A stretch of DNA of 32,000 nucleotides from a cyanobacterium endosymbiont of Braarudosphaera bigelowii (GCF_020885515.1 NZ_AP024987.1:1260001-1292000), one strand, 5' to 3'; counted from the first letter of the stretch, positions 18,579 to 29,369 are shown. Numbers and translations are program-made. The notes: generated by a model from the sequence alone, not told the origin.

Positions 18579-19175
18579 TTGTTCGCCCTAATAATTTAAT
18601 TATAATTTTTAAAAAGTTATTGATAGTATTCTTAAAAAATATTTTATCCAAAAAAAACGAGTAAAACTTTATAGTAATCATATATCCTGTAAATCAAGAT
18701 ATTAACATTGAAATAAGCATATAAGTAAGATTACAAGAATAAAATTATTTTTAATCTTATTCATACTTTAATATTTTGATAGCAGACTGTAAGCCTTGAT
18801 TAATTATTTTCCATACAAGTCATATGATTGATACCTTAAGATCTAATTTATTCATATTGTTCTATATGGATAATGTGAATAAATTAACATATTTACTAAA
18901 AATCTTTTTGTAAATATACAATTAAATTCGAAGTTAAAGACATATTGTAAAATTTGTATTTTAAATAAATAATTTTATGTTATCCATGTGTTTTATTTCT
19001 AATTAAAATTCATATATTGAGATGTTTATTTATAATAAAAATATTCATGAATTGAATGCTTAATTTTTTTTGACTTCTTTTTTAGAAGCATCATTAATTT
19101 TATTCTGAATATAGAAACTTAAAAAATTGGTAATAGTCTAAATATTTACGTTTTAAAAACTTCAAAAAATTAATT

Positions 19176-20690
19176 ATGGTAAAACTGTACGAACTGTTGA
19201 AAAAAGTTCCTAGTATTATCCAAATACCAACGCATAAAGCTTTAAATAAAAAAGTTGAAGGCATTTCTACTAATTCTCATTCTTGTAAACAGGAAGAAAT
19301 TTTTATTGGTATGCCAGGAACTCGTGTAGATGGAGGTGAATTCTGGCAAAGTGCAATAAAGGCTGGTGCTGTTGCAGCTGTTATAAGTCCCCAAGCAGCT
19401 ATTAAATTTCCTGCAAACGATCTTTATTGTGTAATTATTGTTGAAGATGTAATACTTACAGCCTCTGAAATTGCTGCAGCTTTTTATTCCTATCCTTCTA
19501 AGAAATTAAAAATGATAGGAGTAACAGGTACGAACGGGAAAACGACTACTACGCATTTAATTGAATATTTTTTGACTGAATGCCAAAAAGATACTGCCCT
19601 TATCGGAACTTTATATTCTCGCTGGAATGGTTTCAAACAAACTTCAGTCCATACCACTCCTTTCTCTCCTGAATTACAAGCGCAGTTATCTCAAGCAGTA
19701 ATTGATAAAAATCAATATTGTGTAATGGAGGTAAGTTCTCATGCTTTGATTCAAGGAAGAGTGAAAGGATGTAATTTTGACGTAAGTATATTCACTAATC
19801 TGACACAAGATCATCTTGATTTTCATAAAAATCTAGAAAATTACTTCTTTGCAAAACAGTTACTATTTAGCTCAGAATACTTACAGGGGAAAGCAATTAT
19901 AAATATAGATGATCCTTATGGGGAAAGATTAATTCAGGGCTTAGATTCTCAGTTAATATATAGCTATAGCATTGAAAATAATCTTGCTGATTTTTATACA
20001 ACTAATCTTAAGTATAAACATGATCGAGTTGAAGGAGTATTACAAACACCTATCGGAAGTTACGAATTTCAGTCTCCTCTAGTGGGTAAATTTAATTTAT
20101 CAAATTTGCTAGCTGCTATAGCGACATTATTCCAATTAAATATCAACTTAGAGATAGCTATTGAAAAACTACCTTATTTTCTTGGTGTTCCTGGAAGAAT
20201 GGAAAAAATACAAATTAGTAAAGTACAGGATGTTACTGTAATTGTTGATTATGCTCATACTCCTGACAGTTTAAAAAATCTTTTAAAAGCCACTCGCCCT
20301 TTTGTCAGTGGAAAGATAATATCTGTTTTTGGTTGTGGTGGTGATCGTGATAGGACTAAGCGTCCTGTAATGGGCAAAATATCTGCAGAACTAGCTGATA
20401 TTTCAGTTCTAACTTCTGATAACCCTAGAACTGAAGAGCCTGAGCAAATCTTATCCGATATACTGAAAGGTGTACCCCAATGTACAAATTTTTGGGTAAT
20501 TAGTAATCGCAACGAAGCCATTAGAACAGCTATTTTGAAAGCTAATCCAGGAGATGGGATTTTGATTGCAGGTAAAGGACATGAAAATTATCAAATTTTA
20601 GGCACGGAAAAGATTTACTTTGACGATAGAGAGCAAGCAAGGGAATCATTGAGAGTTAGACTTGAGGGACCGCATGATTTATCTAATTAG
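19176..20690 (+). CDS. murE: UDP-N-acetylmuramoyl-L-alanyl-D-glutamate--2,6-diaminopimelate ligase
   Basis: 504 aa. GVTGTNGKTTT P-loop, the DAP-specific DNPR motif (LTSDNPRTEEP), and GKGHENYQ. Confidence 0.93.
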   Translation: MVKLYELLKKVPSIIQIPTHKALNKKVEGISTNSHSCKQEEIFIGMPGTRVDGGEFWQSAIKAGAVAAVISPQAAIKFPANDLYCVIIVEDVILTASEIAAAFYSYPSKKLKMIGVTGTNGKTTTTHLIEYFLTECQKDTALIGTLYSRWNGFKQTSVHTTPFSPELQAQLSQAVIDKNQYCVMEVSSHALIQGRVKGCNFDVSIFTNLTQDHLDFHKNLENYFFAKQLLFSSEYLQGKAIINIDDPYGERLIQGLDSQLIYSYSIENNLADFYTTNLKYKHDRVEGVLQTPIGSYEFQSPLVGKFNLSNLLAAIATLFQLNINLEIAIEKLPYFLGVPGRMEKIQISKVQDVTVIVDYAHTPDSLKNLLKATRPFVSGKIISVFGCGGDRDRTKRPVMGKISAELADISVLTSDNPRTEEPEQILSDILKGVPQCTNFWVISNRNEAIRTAILKANPGDGILIAGKGHENYQILGTEKIYFDDREQARESLRVRLEGPHDLSN

Positions 20691-20924
20691 AAATTTTACT
20701 TCACAATTTGTTGTAATCTCACTGAAACTATGTTTAGGTATTAATAAAATTTTAGTATGAAAGAATAGTTTGAGTTAGAGTATCTCAATTTTTTTAAAGC
20801 TAGTAAAAAACAGTATTCATAATTAAATAAGCAATGATTACTATTCAAATAAATTCTAAGAGAAAATCACAAAGCTTTTTTATCATTCCGAGTAACATCT
20901 AGTAATAATAAAAGTGCTTATTAT

Positions 20925-20968
20925 TATGTAAAGTATAAACATTATGTAAAATATTTATACTTTACATA
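20925..20968. repeat. 15-bp perfect inverted repeat in the murE/ferredoxin convergent spacer
   Basis: TATGTAAAGTATAAA (20925..20939) and TTTATACTTTACATA (20954..20968) with a 14-nt loop. The loop itself repeats TTATGTAAA. Confidence 0.5.
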
Positions 20969-21011
20969 TGTAAGAATTTAAGGTCTTTACTTACTTGTTG
21001 TTTGACAAAAT

Positions 21012-21036
21012 ATTAAATAAAGTTTCTTTATTTAAT
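21012..21036 (-). terminator. 11-bp perfect hairpin about 100 nt downstream of the ferredoxin gene
   Basis: ATTAAATAAAG-ttt-CTTTATTTAAT. On the minus strand it is followed by ATTTTG. Confidence 0.4.
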
Positions 21037-21136
21037 CAGGTTTCTTTCTATATATAATATATCCAAATTCATAACTTAGGATTTAATATATCTTATGCTT
21101 TATAAATACTGAGTAATAGATAGGAAAGTTATAATA

Positions 21137-21361
21137 TCATGATATTTCTTGATATTCTGGTTTTTCTTCAGCTATTATGGCACCTTCTACAGGGCAAACC
21201 TGCAAACAGATTCCACAGTCAATACAGACTGAGAAATCAATCCAATACCAAGAAGTTCCTTTCAAGTTTTTACCTGGGCCTTCATGAATACAAGCAACAG
21301 GACAGGCTTCAGCGCAGTCGGCAACTCCTTCGCAAACTTTGGTAATAATAGTATGAGACAA
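21137..21361 (-). CDS. Small bacterial-type ferredoxin with two Fe-S cluster motifs (7Fe-like, [3Fe-4S][4Fe-4S] pattern)
   Basis: 74 aa. First motif C-x5-C-x3-CP-x2-C (CEGVADCAEACPVAC) lacks the second Cys of a canonical CxxCxxCxxxCP, as in 7Fe ferredoxins. Second motif is the canonical CIDCGICLQVCP. Confidence 0.85.
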   Translation of the reverse strand: MSHTIITKVCEGVADCAEACPVACIHEGPGKNLKGTSWYWIDFSVCIDCGICLQVCPVEGAIIAEEKPEYQEIS

Positions 21362-21481
21362 AGTAATGCTCCTTTTCTAAATAATTTTAAACTATTTTAT
21401 AACTATTTTATAACTATATATTGTTAGCCTTATTTAAGTTTTTTTTATAAAGCTTTAACTAGAAAAATTAATTAACACAAA

Positions 21482-22627
21482 ATGTTAAAAAAAATTAGAA
21501 ACGTATTATCTTCAGAATTTTTGAGTGTTATCTTTGCTCTAATTATAGTAGTTTCTGTTGCTACATATTTTTATTTTATTGAATTCGATAAGAATATTAC
21601 AGGATTTTTTCGCATTGGTTCTGTTTTGCCTATTTCGCCTTATCTTTACCATAACAATTTATTTATTTATCAAAAAGAAATTGGTTATGATGGTCAACAA
21701 TTTTTGAATTTAGCTCTCGATCCATTTTTAAATCATCCAGAAACACTAGATTCACTTGACCATCCAGTATATCGTTATCGACGAATCTTATATCCATTAA
21801 TTAGTTATTTATTTGCATTAGGGAATAAGTCTTTAATTCCTTATATAATGATTGGAATTAACATTGTTTCGATAACTTTAATAGTCTATGTAATAAGCTT
21901 ACATTATAGAGAAAAAGAAATTGTATCTTCATACAAGTCTTTATTGGCTTTATGTATTCCAAGTATTTGGATAGTACTATCTTTAGGAACATCTGACTTG
22001 CTTAGTAGCCTATTTTTAGTTACTTCTCTCTATAATTATTATAAAAATAATTATAGAAGTACAGCTCTAATGATTTCATTAGGTTGTTTAACTAGAGAGA
22101 CTCTGCTAGTCGTATGGGCTTCGCTTTTTATATCAAGTCTTCTTGAAAATAAACATAAACAAATAAAGTATTTACTATATGGAATAATTCTTCCTATCCT
22201 ATGGACATTTTACATAATACTTTTAGACTTACCTGGAAAAACAAGAATTGATGATAATTTTGGTATTCCTTTTTTAGGTATTTTTCATAAATTTATCAAT
22301 ATCCTAACGAATGGAATAAATACAAGTAATTTGTTTGAACTTTATATGTTTATCCTGTTACTTACAAGCTTTATTATTATTCCTTTATCTATAAAAAAAA
22401 ATAGTAAAGACAATCTATTAATACAAATTTGCAATATTTTTTATGGAATTATATTTATTTTTAGCAGTTTTACAGTACTTAGTTATTATTTAGATTATTC
22501 AAGAGTTTTCATGGATGTCTATTTTTTACTATTATTTAGTCTGAACCATATCAAAACTCACGTAAGATTTTTCTTAATTTCCTGTATGAGTTTCGCAAGT
22601 TGTTTATTTTTAATATTTTATTCTTAA
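21482..22627 (+). CDS. Polytopic membrane protein (about 10-12 TM), possible GT-C-type glycosyltransferase or glycopolymer-assembly protein
   Basis: 381 aa. A long first extracytoplasmic loop carries GYDGQQFLNLALDPF and YRYRRILYPL. The rest is strongly hydrophobic. No confident family assignment. Confidence 0.55.
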   Translation: MLKKIRNVLSSEFLSVIFALIIVVSVATYFYFIEFDKNITGFFRIGSVLPISPYLYHNNLFIYQKEIGYDGQQFLNLALDPFLNHPETLDSLDHPVYRYRRILYPLISYLFALGNKSLIPYIMIGINIVSITLIVYVISLHYREKEIVSSYKSLLALCIPSIWIVLSLGTSDLLSSLFLVTSLYNYYKNNYRSTALMISLGCLTRETLLVVWASLFISSLLENKHKQIKYLLYGIILPILWTFYIILLDLPGKTRIDDNFGIPFLGIFHKFINILTNGINTSNLFELYMFILLLTSFIIIPLSIKKNSKDNLLIQICNIFYGIIFIFSSFTVLSYYLDYSRVFMDVYFLLLFSLNHIKTHVRFFLISCMSFASCLFLIFYS

Positions 22628-23149
22628 TTTAATAGGCAATAGTTAATCTTTCTAAGGTTTGCAATTTCTTTGTTGTAAAACAGGATCCTAATTATTAAGG
22701 TAGTCTTTAATTTTTTCTTATTCTCTATATGTATATGTAAACTAATTCATAATTTTTGTTTTTCAAGGAGGGATCTTAACTGTTTAATAGATAATGATAT
22801 ACGCAATTATTTGTTTATTTCTGTATATTATTACCTACCACACTAAGAACTAATGATCAGATCTTAAAAATAAGAGTGAAGTTTTGTATCTAAAATCTTA
22901 TTCTTTTTTTTATTAGGAATAAAAACTTTATCTATTTTTTAAGCTTATTATCTTCTATACGCTCAAAAAATGTTCTTAATGCTGTATTAATTATACTACT
23001 AATGCACACTTATTAATTAATGTTTAGCCTACGTTGGAATTCTTCGCTCTTTGCCCCATAATTTGATTAATAAGACTTATACATTTGCTTTTTTATAAAG
23101 CATCAGACTTAAAATCTTACTTCACTGTTAAAAATAGGAGATTTAATTA

Positions 23150-24019
23150 ATGACTTTAACACTTGCAGTTTATGGAAAAGGTGGTATCGGAAAATCAACA
23201 ACAAGCTGCAACATCTCTACAGCATTAGCTAAGAGAGGAAAAAAAGTATTACAGATAGGTTGCGACCCAAAACATGATAGTACTTTTACTTTAACTGGAT
23301 TTTTAATACCAACTATTATCGACACGTTGCAAGAAAAAGATTTTCATTATGAAGATATTTGGCCTGAAGATGTTATTTATAAAGGATATGCTGGAGTAGA
23401 CTGTGTAGAAGCAGGAGGTCCTCCCGCAGGAGCAGGTTGTGGAGGTTACGTTGTTGGCGAAACTGTAAAGTTACTAAAAGAGCTAAATGCTTTTGATGAG
23501 TATGATGTTATCCTATTTGATGTTTTAGGCGATGTAGTATGCGGAGGGTTCGCAGCACCTCTAAATTATGCAGATTATTGCCTAATAGTAACAGATAATG
23601 GTTTTGATGCCTTATTCGCAGCAAATCGTATTGCAGCGTCTGTTAGAGAAAAAGCAAGAACTCATTCATTACGTTTAGCCGGATTAATAGGAAATCGTAC
23701 TTCTCAACGTGACTTGATTGATAAATATATAGAATCAGTGCCAATTCCTGTATTAGAAATACTTCCACTTATTGAGGAAATTCGGGTATCCCGTGTTAAA
23801 GGAAAAACCTTATTTGAAATGGCTGATCAAGATCCTTCTCTTAAATATGTTTGTGAGTTTTATTTAAATATTGCAGATCAATTATTGGCAATGCCTGAAG
23901 GAGTTATACCTAACGATGCTCAAGATAGAGAATTATTTACTTTATTATCTGACTTTTATCTTAATCCTGAACAATCTTCTGGTACTCAAGATCAAGAATT
24001 AGACCTAATAATGGTTTAG
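23150..24019 (+). CDS. chlL: Light-independent protochlorophyllide reductase (DPOR), iron-sulfur ATP-binding subunit
   Basis: [43 protein letters not shown] and the cluster-ligand region [19 protein letters not shown]. Near-identical to canonical ChlL along its full length. Confidence 0.97.
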   Translation: MTLTLAVYGKGGIGKSTTSCNISTALAKRGKKVLQIGCDPKHDSTFTLTGFLIPTIIDTLQEKDFHYEDIWPEDVIYKGYAGVDCVEAGGPPAGAGCGGYVVGETVKLLKELNAFDEYDVILFDVLGDVVCGGFAAPLNYADYCLIVTDNGFDALFAANRIAASVREKARTHSLRLAGLIGNRTSQRDLIDKYIESVPIPVLEILPLIEEIRVSRVKGKTLFEMADQDPSLKYVCEFYLNIADQLLAMPEGVIPNDAQDRELFTLLSDFYLNPEQSSGTQDQELDLIMV

Positions 24020-24026
24020 ATTTAGA

Positions 24027-24068
24027 GTGCACTTTATCAAGTATTCTTTAGAAGATTTTAAAGTGCAC
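24027..24068 (+). other. Intercistronic stem-loop 8 nt after the chlL stop codon
   Basis: GTGCACTTTA (24027..24036) pairs perfectly with TAAAGTGCAC (24059..24068), with a 22-nt loop. It is GC-containing in an AT-rich spacer. Confidence 0.5.
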
Positions 24069-24174
24069 ATCTTAAAATTATCTTAATAAAAATTTTATAG
24101 AGATATTTTAATAAGATTATCTTTATCGTAAAAAAAATTGTTTTATATAAAACTTAAAAATAGGAGAAATATAA

Positions 24175-25575
<1,401 letters not shown>

Positions 25576-25644
25576 GCTGGTTAAATAGTTTTCTTAGCAC
25601 ATATTAGTTTTTGTAAATAAAGTTACAAACTATACTCTAAAATC

Positions 25645-25691
25645 GTAGAGAAATGAAAAGTATAATAATTTAATATTTTTTATTTCTCTAC
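25645..25691. terminator. 15-bp stem-loop between convergent chlN and the 2Fe-2S ferredoxin gene
   Basis: GTAGAGAAATGAAAA (25645..25659) pairs with TTTTTATTTCTCTAC (25677..25691), with one G-U pair. Confidence 0.5.
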
Positions 25692-25780
25692 AGAAAATAT
25701 TAAATTTCATCTTTAAAGAAATATAAGTTTTATGTGTTAAATATTAAGATTTTAGATATACAAGCGAACTTTACTAAAAA

Positions 25781-26020
25781 TTACCATCCTGTATCAGGAT
25801 ATAAAATAATATTTATATAGTTAGTTCCTGAAGGAATTGAACTAATACAAGCACACATATTATTACCTTCCTCCAATTCTATTTCACACGCATGACAGTA
25901 TCCCATTAAACATCCAGTAGGAATGTTAATACCAGCACGTTTTGCTACTTCAAGTATTGGTTCTCCTACTTCAGCTTCAATAGTAATGTTATCAGGTAAA
26001 AAAGTGACTTGAACTTTCAT
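25781..26020 (-). CDS. Small 2Fe-2S ferredoxin-like protein
   Basis: 79 aa with a beta-grasp-like N-terminus (MKVQVTFLPDNITIEAEVGEPILEVAKRAGINIPTGC). Cys pattern is C-x4-C-x2-C-x10-C-x-C. It starts 18 nt after the cobQ stop on the same strand. Confidence 0.75.
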   Translation of the reverse strand: MKVQVTFLPDNITIEAEVGEPILEVAKRAGINIPTGCLMGYCHACEIELEEGNNMCACISSIPSGTNYINIILYPDTGW

Positions 26021-26038
26021 AAAGTATTTCTTAAATAG

Positions 26039-27523
26039 CTATTTTAATAGTGGTGCTAAATCGATAAAGCTTTCAACTAAATCTGCTATGTCATCAAGTG
26101 CTTTTTCTCTTTGTTTTACATAATCTTCAACTTTTATTGAAAGGGGAGGTAATTTCTTTCTCCTTCTTAGACTATTTAACCACATTCTTCTCCACATACC
26201 ATTCTCAAAAATTCCATGTAAGTAACATCCCCACATAGACAAATTTTTGTTAACGACTCCTAACGTAGGATCATCAAATAAGTAATGTAGTTGCTTATTT
26301 TTCACGATATCTGAATCTTTCAGAAAATTTGTAACTCCTTGATGTATCTCATAGCCTTTTACATTATGGCCTTCATGAGGATAGTTTGAAATAACTTCTC
26401 GTCTAAGTGTTGTCTTTTTAGAAGTTATTTTAGTCTCCATAGGCAGTAAGTTAAGACCCAAACATATTTCATGTTCTCCTTCTATTTTATCAGAATCAAC
26501 AATTGTTTCTCCTAACATTTGAAATCCACCACAAATTCCTAATATAACTCCTCCTTCTTTAAAATATTCTTTTATCCGTATAGTCATGCCACTTTTATGA
26601 AGGGCAATTAAATCATTAATAGTAGTCTTCGAACCTGGAATAATTAAAACATCAGGATTACCTATATCTTGATTTAAATTTATATATTCTACGTTAATAG
26701 TATTTTCATATTTTAGAGGTTCGAAATCCGTGAAATTAGCTATGTGTGGTAGTCTTACGACTGTAATATTAATGTCTTTTGAACTTTTTTCTAGATTTCT
26801 GTTTAATAAATCCAGAGAATCTTCAGCAGAAAATACAATATCTGTTAAAGGAATTACTCCTAAAACAGGAATTTTAGTATAGCTCTCTAGCCACTTAATG
26901 CCTGAATTTAAGAGTAGCCGTTGTCCTCGAAATTTGTTGATAATAATACCTTTAATAAGGGAACGTTCAGCTTTATCTAATAACTGTAAAGTTCCTATAA
27001 TATGAGCAAATGCTCCTCCCCTATCAATATCTACTATCAGTATGGTACGAGCATGTAAATATTTAGCAACTCTCATATTTGTTAGATCTCTATATTTCAG
27101 ATTAATTTCTGCTGGGTTTCCTGCACCCTCACATATACAAAAATCAAACTCTGATTTTAAGATTTCTAGAGATGTTTTAATAGCTTTCCATCCTATTTTG
27201 AAATAATTTTGATAGTAATCTCCTGCTGATGTTGTTCCAATCACTTCACCATTAAGAATAACTTGCGATGTCATGTTTCCCTGTGGTTTTAGCAAGATTG
27301 GATTAATCTCTACTCTAGGTTCAATTTTTGCGGCCCAAGCCTGTACAGCTTGGGCATAACCAATCTCTTTTTCATCTTTGGTAACATAGGCATTAAGTGC
27401 CATATTTTGTCCCTTAAAAGGTGTGACTTTACATCCTTGACGAGCTAAAATTCTACAAATAGCAGCGGTGAGAAAAGATTTACCTGCATGAGATGTAGTT
27501 CCTACGATCATGATGGTTTTCAT
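26039..27523 (-). CDS. cobQ: Cobyric acid synthase
   Basis: 494 aa. MIVGTTSHAGKSFLTAAICR (CobQ/CobB/MinD-type NTPase) and a C-terminal glutamine amidotransferase domain with GICGGFQMLG and YLHGIFEN. Confidence 0.93.
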   Translation of the reverse strand: MKTIMIVGTTSHAGKSFLTAAICRILARQGCKVTPFKGQNMALNAYVTKDEKEIGYAQAVQAWAAKIEPRVEINPILLKPQGNMTSQVILNGEVIGTTSAGDYYQNYFKIGWKAIKTSLEILKSEFDFCICEGAGNPAEINLKYRDLTNMRVAKYLHARTILIVDIDRGGAFAHIIGTLQLLDKAERSLIKGIIINKFRGQRLLLNSGIKWLESYTKIPVLGVIPLTDIVFSAEDSLDLLNRNLEKSSKDINITVVRLPHIANFTDFEPLKYENTINVEYINLNQDIGNPDVLIIPGSKTTINDLIALHKSGMTIRIKEYFKEGGVILGICGGFQMLGETIVDSDKIEGEHEICLGLNLLPMETKITSKKTTLRREVISNYPHEGHNVKGYEIHQGVTNFLKDSDIVKNKQLHYLFDDPTLGVVNKNLSMWGCYLHGIFENGMWRRMWLNSLRRRKKLPPLSIKVEDYVKQREKALDDIADLVESFIDLAPLLK

Positions 27524-27572
27524 TAGAAACTTTCAACTCCGTAACTTAAATTATTCTTTTTCATATTAAATA

Positions 27573-27968
27573 CTAAATAAGGGAATTTAAATAATATAAG
27601 AAACTATCAGACACTCGATCCAGTAATGACAGCTTATGAATATCTGTTCTCTTATTTTGCCATTTTTCTACTATTTTTTTCCCTAGAGGAGTTAAGCGAA
27701 AGCCATCAGTAATACCTTGTCCATCAACTTCTCTTCTTAAGATACCTACTTTTATTAACCATGTTAATCTCTGATCTATTTGTTGTTCAGACAAAAATTT
27801 GAGAGTATATCTCTTATTTTTTATCCGTGTATCAATAATTGTAGAGAAAGAAACACTTTGTTTTTTCATTGTTATAAATAATTCCAAAGAGAATGAGGAA
27901 CATAGCAATGCTCTCTCTGCCCGAAGCATTGAATTGTTCGTATCAAAGTTACTAAAAAATAAAGTCAC
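27573..27968 (-). CDS. Conserved cyanobacterial hypothetical protein (Npun_F0494-like, winged-helix-like)
   Basis: RAERALLCSSFSLELF ... LTWLIKVGILRREVDGQGITDGFRLTPLGKKIVEKWQ resembles my memory of this family. The start is uncertain (M1 at 27968, M14, or M34 at 27869). Confidence 0.5.
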   Translation of the reverse strand: MTLFFSNFDTNNSMLRAERALLCSSFSLELFITMKKQSVSFSTIIDTRIKNKRYTLKFLSEQQIDQRLTWLIKVGILRREVDGQGITDGFRLTPLGKKIVEKWQNKRTDIHKLSLLDRVSDSFLYYLNSLI

Positions 27969-28079
27969 AATTTTTATTGCTATTAATTAAAAAGAGATTT
28001 TTTATTATGAAAGGTTTTCTATCTTCATGTAAAGTTTTATATTTAGACTAATAACTTTATTATTTATGAATGAAATATT

Positions 28080-28520
28080 ATGACTTTAGCCGTTAAAACT
28101 ATTGCACCTAACTTTACTGCCTTTGATGAGAAAGGAATAAAAATTTGCTTATCAGACTACAGGGGTAAAATTGTTGTTCTATATTTCTATCCAAAAGATG
28201 ATACTCCTGGCTGTACACAAGAAGCTCAAAGTTTTCAAAATGATTATGAGAAATATCAAAATAGAAATATAATTATTTTTGGTGTCAGTATGGATAGTCA
28301 GGAATCTCATAAGACTTTTAAGGAAAAATTCAATTTACCTTTTCAACTTTTAGCAGATGAAGAAGGAATTTTGACTAAACTTTATGATGTTGCAGGAGAG
28401 AATTATTCTAGACGTGTTACATATATCATCAATGAAACAGGTATTATTGATCATGTTGATGAGAAAATAAATACTAAAACTCATGCCCAAGATGTTTTAA
28501 AAAAAATAAGCCAAGTATAG
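28080..28520 (+). CDS. bcp: Peroxiredoxin, BCP/PrxQ type
   Basis: FYPKDDTPGCTQEA active site. 146 aa. Confidence 0.9.
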   Translation: MTLAVKTIAPNFTAFDEKGIKICLSDYRGKIVVLYFYPKDDTPGCTQEAQSFQNDYEKYQNRNIIIFGVSMDSQESHKTFKEKFNLPFQLLADEEGILTKLYDVAGENYSRRVTYIINETGIIDHVDEKINTKTHAQDVLKKISQV

Positions 28521-28564
28521 ATATATTTAAGTTGACTTATTTTTATAATATAGTTTCTAGTTAA

Positions 28565-28614
28565 TTACTATATAAATAGTGCCTGATTATTCAGAGACGT
28601 TATTTATATAGTAA
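28565..28614 (+). terminator. Extended stem-loop 44 nt downstream of bcp
   Basis: TTACTATATAAATA and TATTTATATAGTAA form a 14-bp perfect stem. It continues through G-U, U-G and G-C pairs into an inner CTGA/TCAG stem with a TTAT loop. Confidence 0.5.
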
Positions 28615-28628
28615 AAATATCTAAAGTT

Positions 28629-28671
28629 TTAATATCTAAGATTTCTTTTTATAAGAAATCTTAGATATTAA
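28629..28671 (+). repeat. 19-bp perfect inverted repeat about 100 nt upstream of rpmG
   Basis: TTAATATCTAAGATTTCTT-tttat-AAGAAATCTTAGATATTAA, read directly. No U tract follows. Confidence 0.6.
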
Positions 28672-28774
28672 GTAATTGAATTGTTTCTTGAATCTTGCAA
28701 ATTTAACTAAAATATGAGACTATAATAGCTTGTGTATAAATATAAACTAATAGCTTAAGTTGTTAGGTTAAATT

Positions 28775-28969
28775 ATGGCTAGTAAAAAAGGTGTTCGACT
28801 TATCATTACTCTTGAGTGTACAGAATGTCGAACGAATACAACAAAACGCTCACCTGGGGTTAATCGTTATACTACCAGTAAAAATCGTCGGAATACTACT
28901 GCACGATTAGAACTTAAAAAGTTTTGCCCCCACTGCAACAAACATACTACTCATAAAGAAATTAAGTAG
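28775..28969 (+). CDS. rpmG: 50S ribosomal protein L33 (Cys-containing zinc-ribbon form)
   Basis: [64 protein letters not shown]. Confidence 0.95.
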   Translation: MASKKGVRLIITLECTECRTNTTKRSPGVNRYTTSKNRRNTTARLELKKFCPHCNKHTTHKEIK

Positions 28970-29001
28970 TATCTTAATAAAAAATATAAAGAAAGTTAAG
29001 C

Positions 29002-29217
29002 ATGAGCTATTATCGTAAACGTCTTTCCCCTATTCCTCCTAAGGATCCAATAGATTACAAAGATACTGAACTGCTTAGGAAGTTTATTACTGAACGAGGC
29101 AAAATTCTTCCCCGACGCATTACAGGTTTAACAGCAAAACAGCAAAGATCTCTAACAACAGCAGTTAAACGAGCAAGAATACTGGCCTTATTACCTTTTG
29201 TTAATAAGGAAGCCTAA
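29002..29217 (+). CDS. rpsR: 30S ribosomal protein S18
   Basis: [50 protein letters not shown]. Located 32 nt after rpmG. Confidence 0.95.
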   Translation: MSYYRKRLSPIPPKDPIDYKDTELLRKFITERGKILPRRITGLTAKQQRSLTTAVKRARILALLPFVNKEA

Positions 29218-29233
29218 TGTTATCTCTTATTTA

Positions 29234-29288
29234 GATATCAGGGGTTGATATTTCAGAATGTCTCTCAAAAATTAACCCCTTAAATATC
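29234..29288 (+). terminator. Stem-loop with a GGGG/CCCC core, 17 nt after the rpsR stop
   Basis: AGGGGTTGAT (29240..29249) pairs with ATTAACCCCT (29271..29280), including one G-U pair. An outer GATAT/ATATC helix follows after an internal loop. The apical loop is 21 nt and there is no U tract. Confidence 0.45.
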
Positions 29289-29369
29289 GAAGCAAATCTC
29301 AGGAATCAATTGAAGGCATGAAATTATAAATAATTAAAGACAAATACTAAAAATTAAGGCACGAAGTGG

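Noticed and set aside
20255-20521. 88-aa minus-strand ORF inside murE
   Set aside because: Antisense to the conserved DNPR region of murE.
21139-21345. 68-aa plus-strand ORF opposite the ferredoxin gene
   Set aside because: The minus-strand frame encodes textbook Fe-S cluster motifs. This one is the shadow frame.
27799-27990. 63-aa plus-strand ORF overlapping the 5' end of the Npun_F0494-like gene
   Set aside because: Antisense, low-complexity, no SD.
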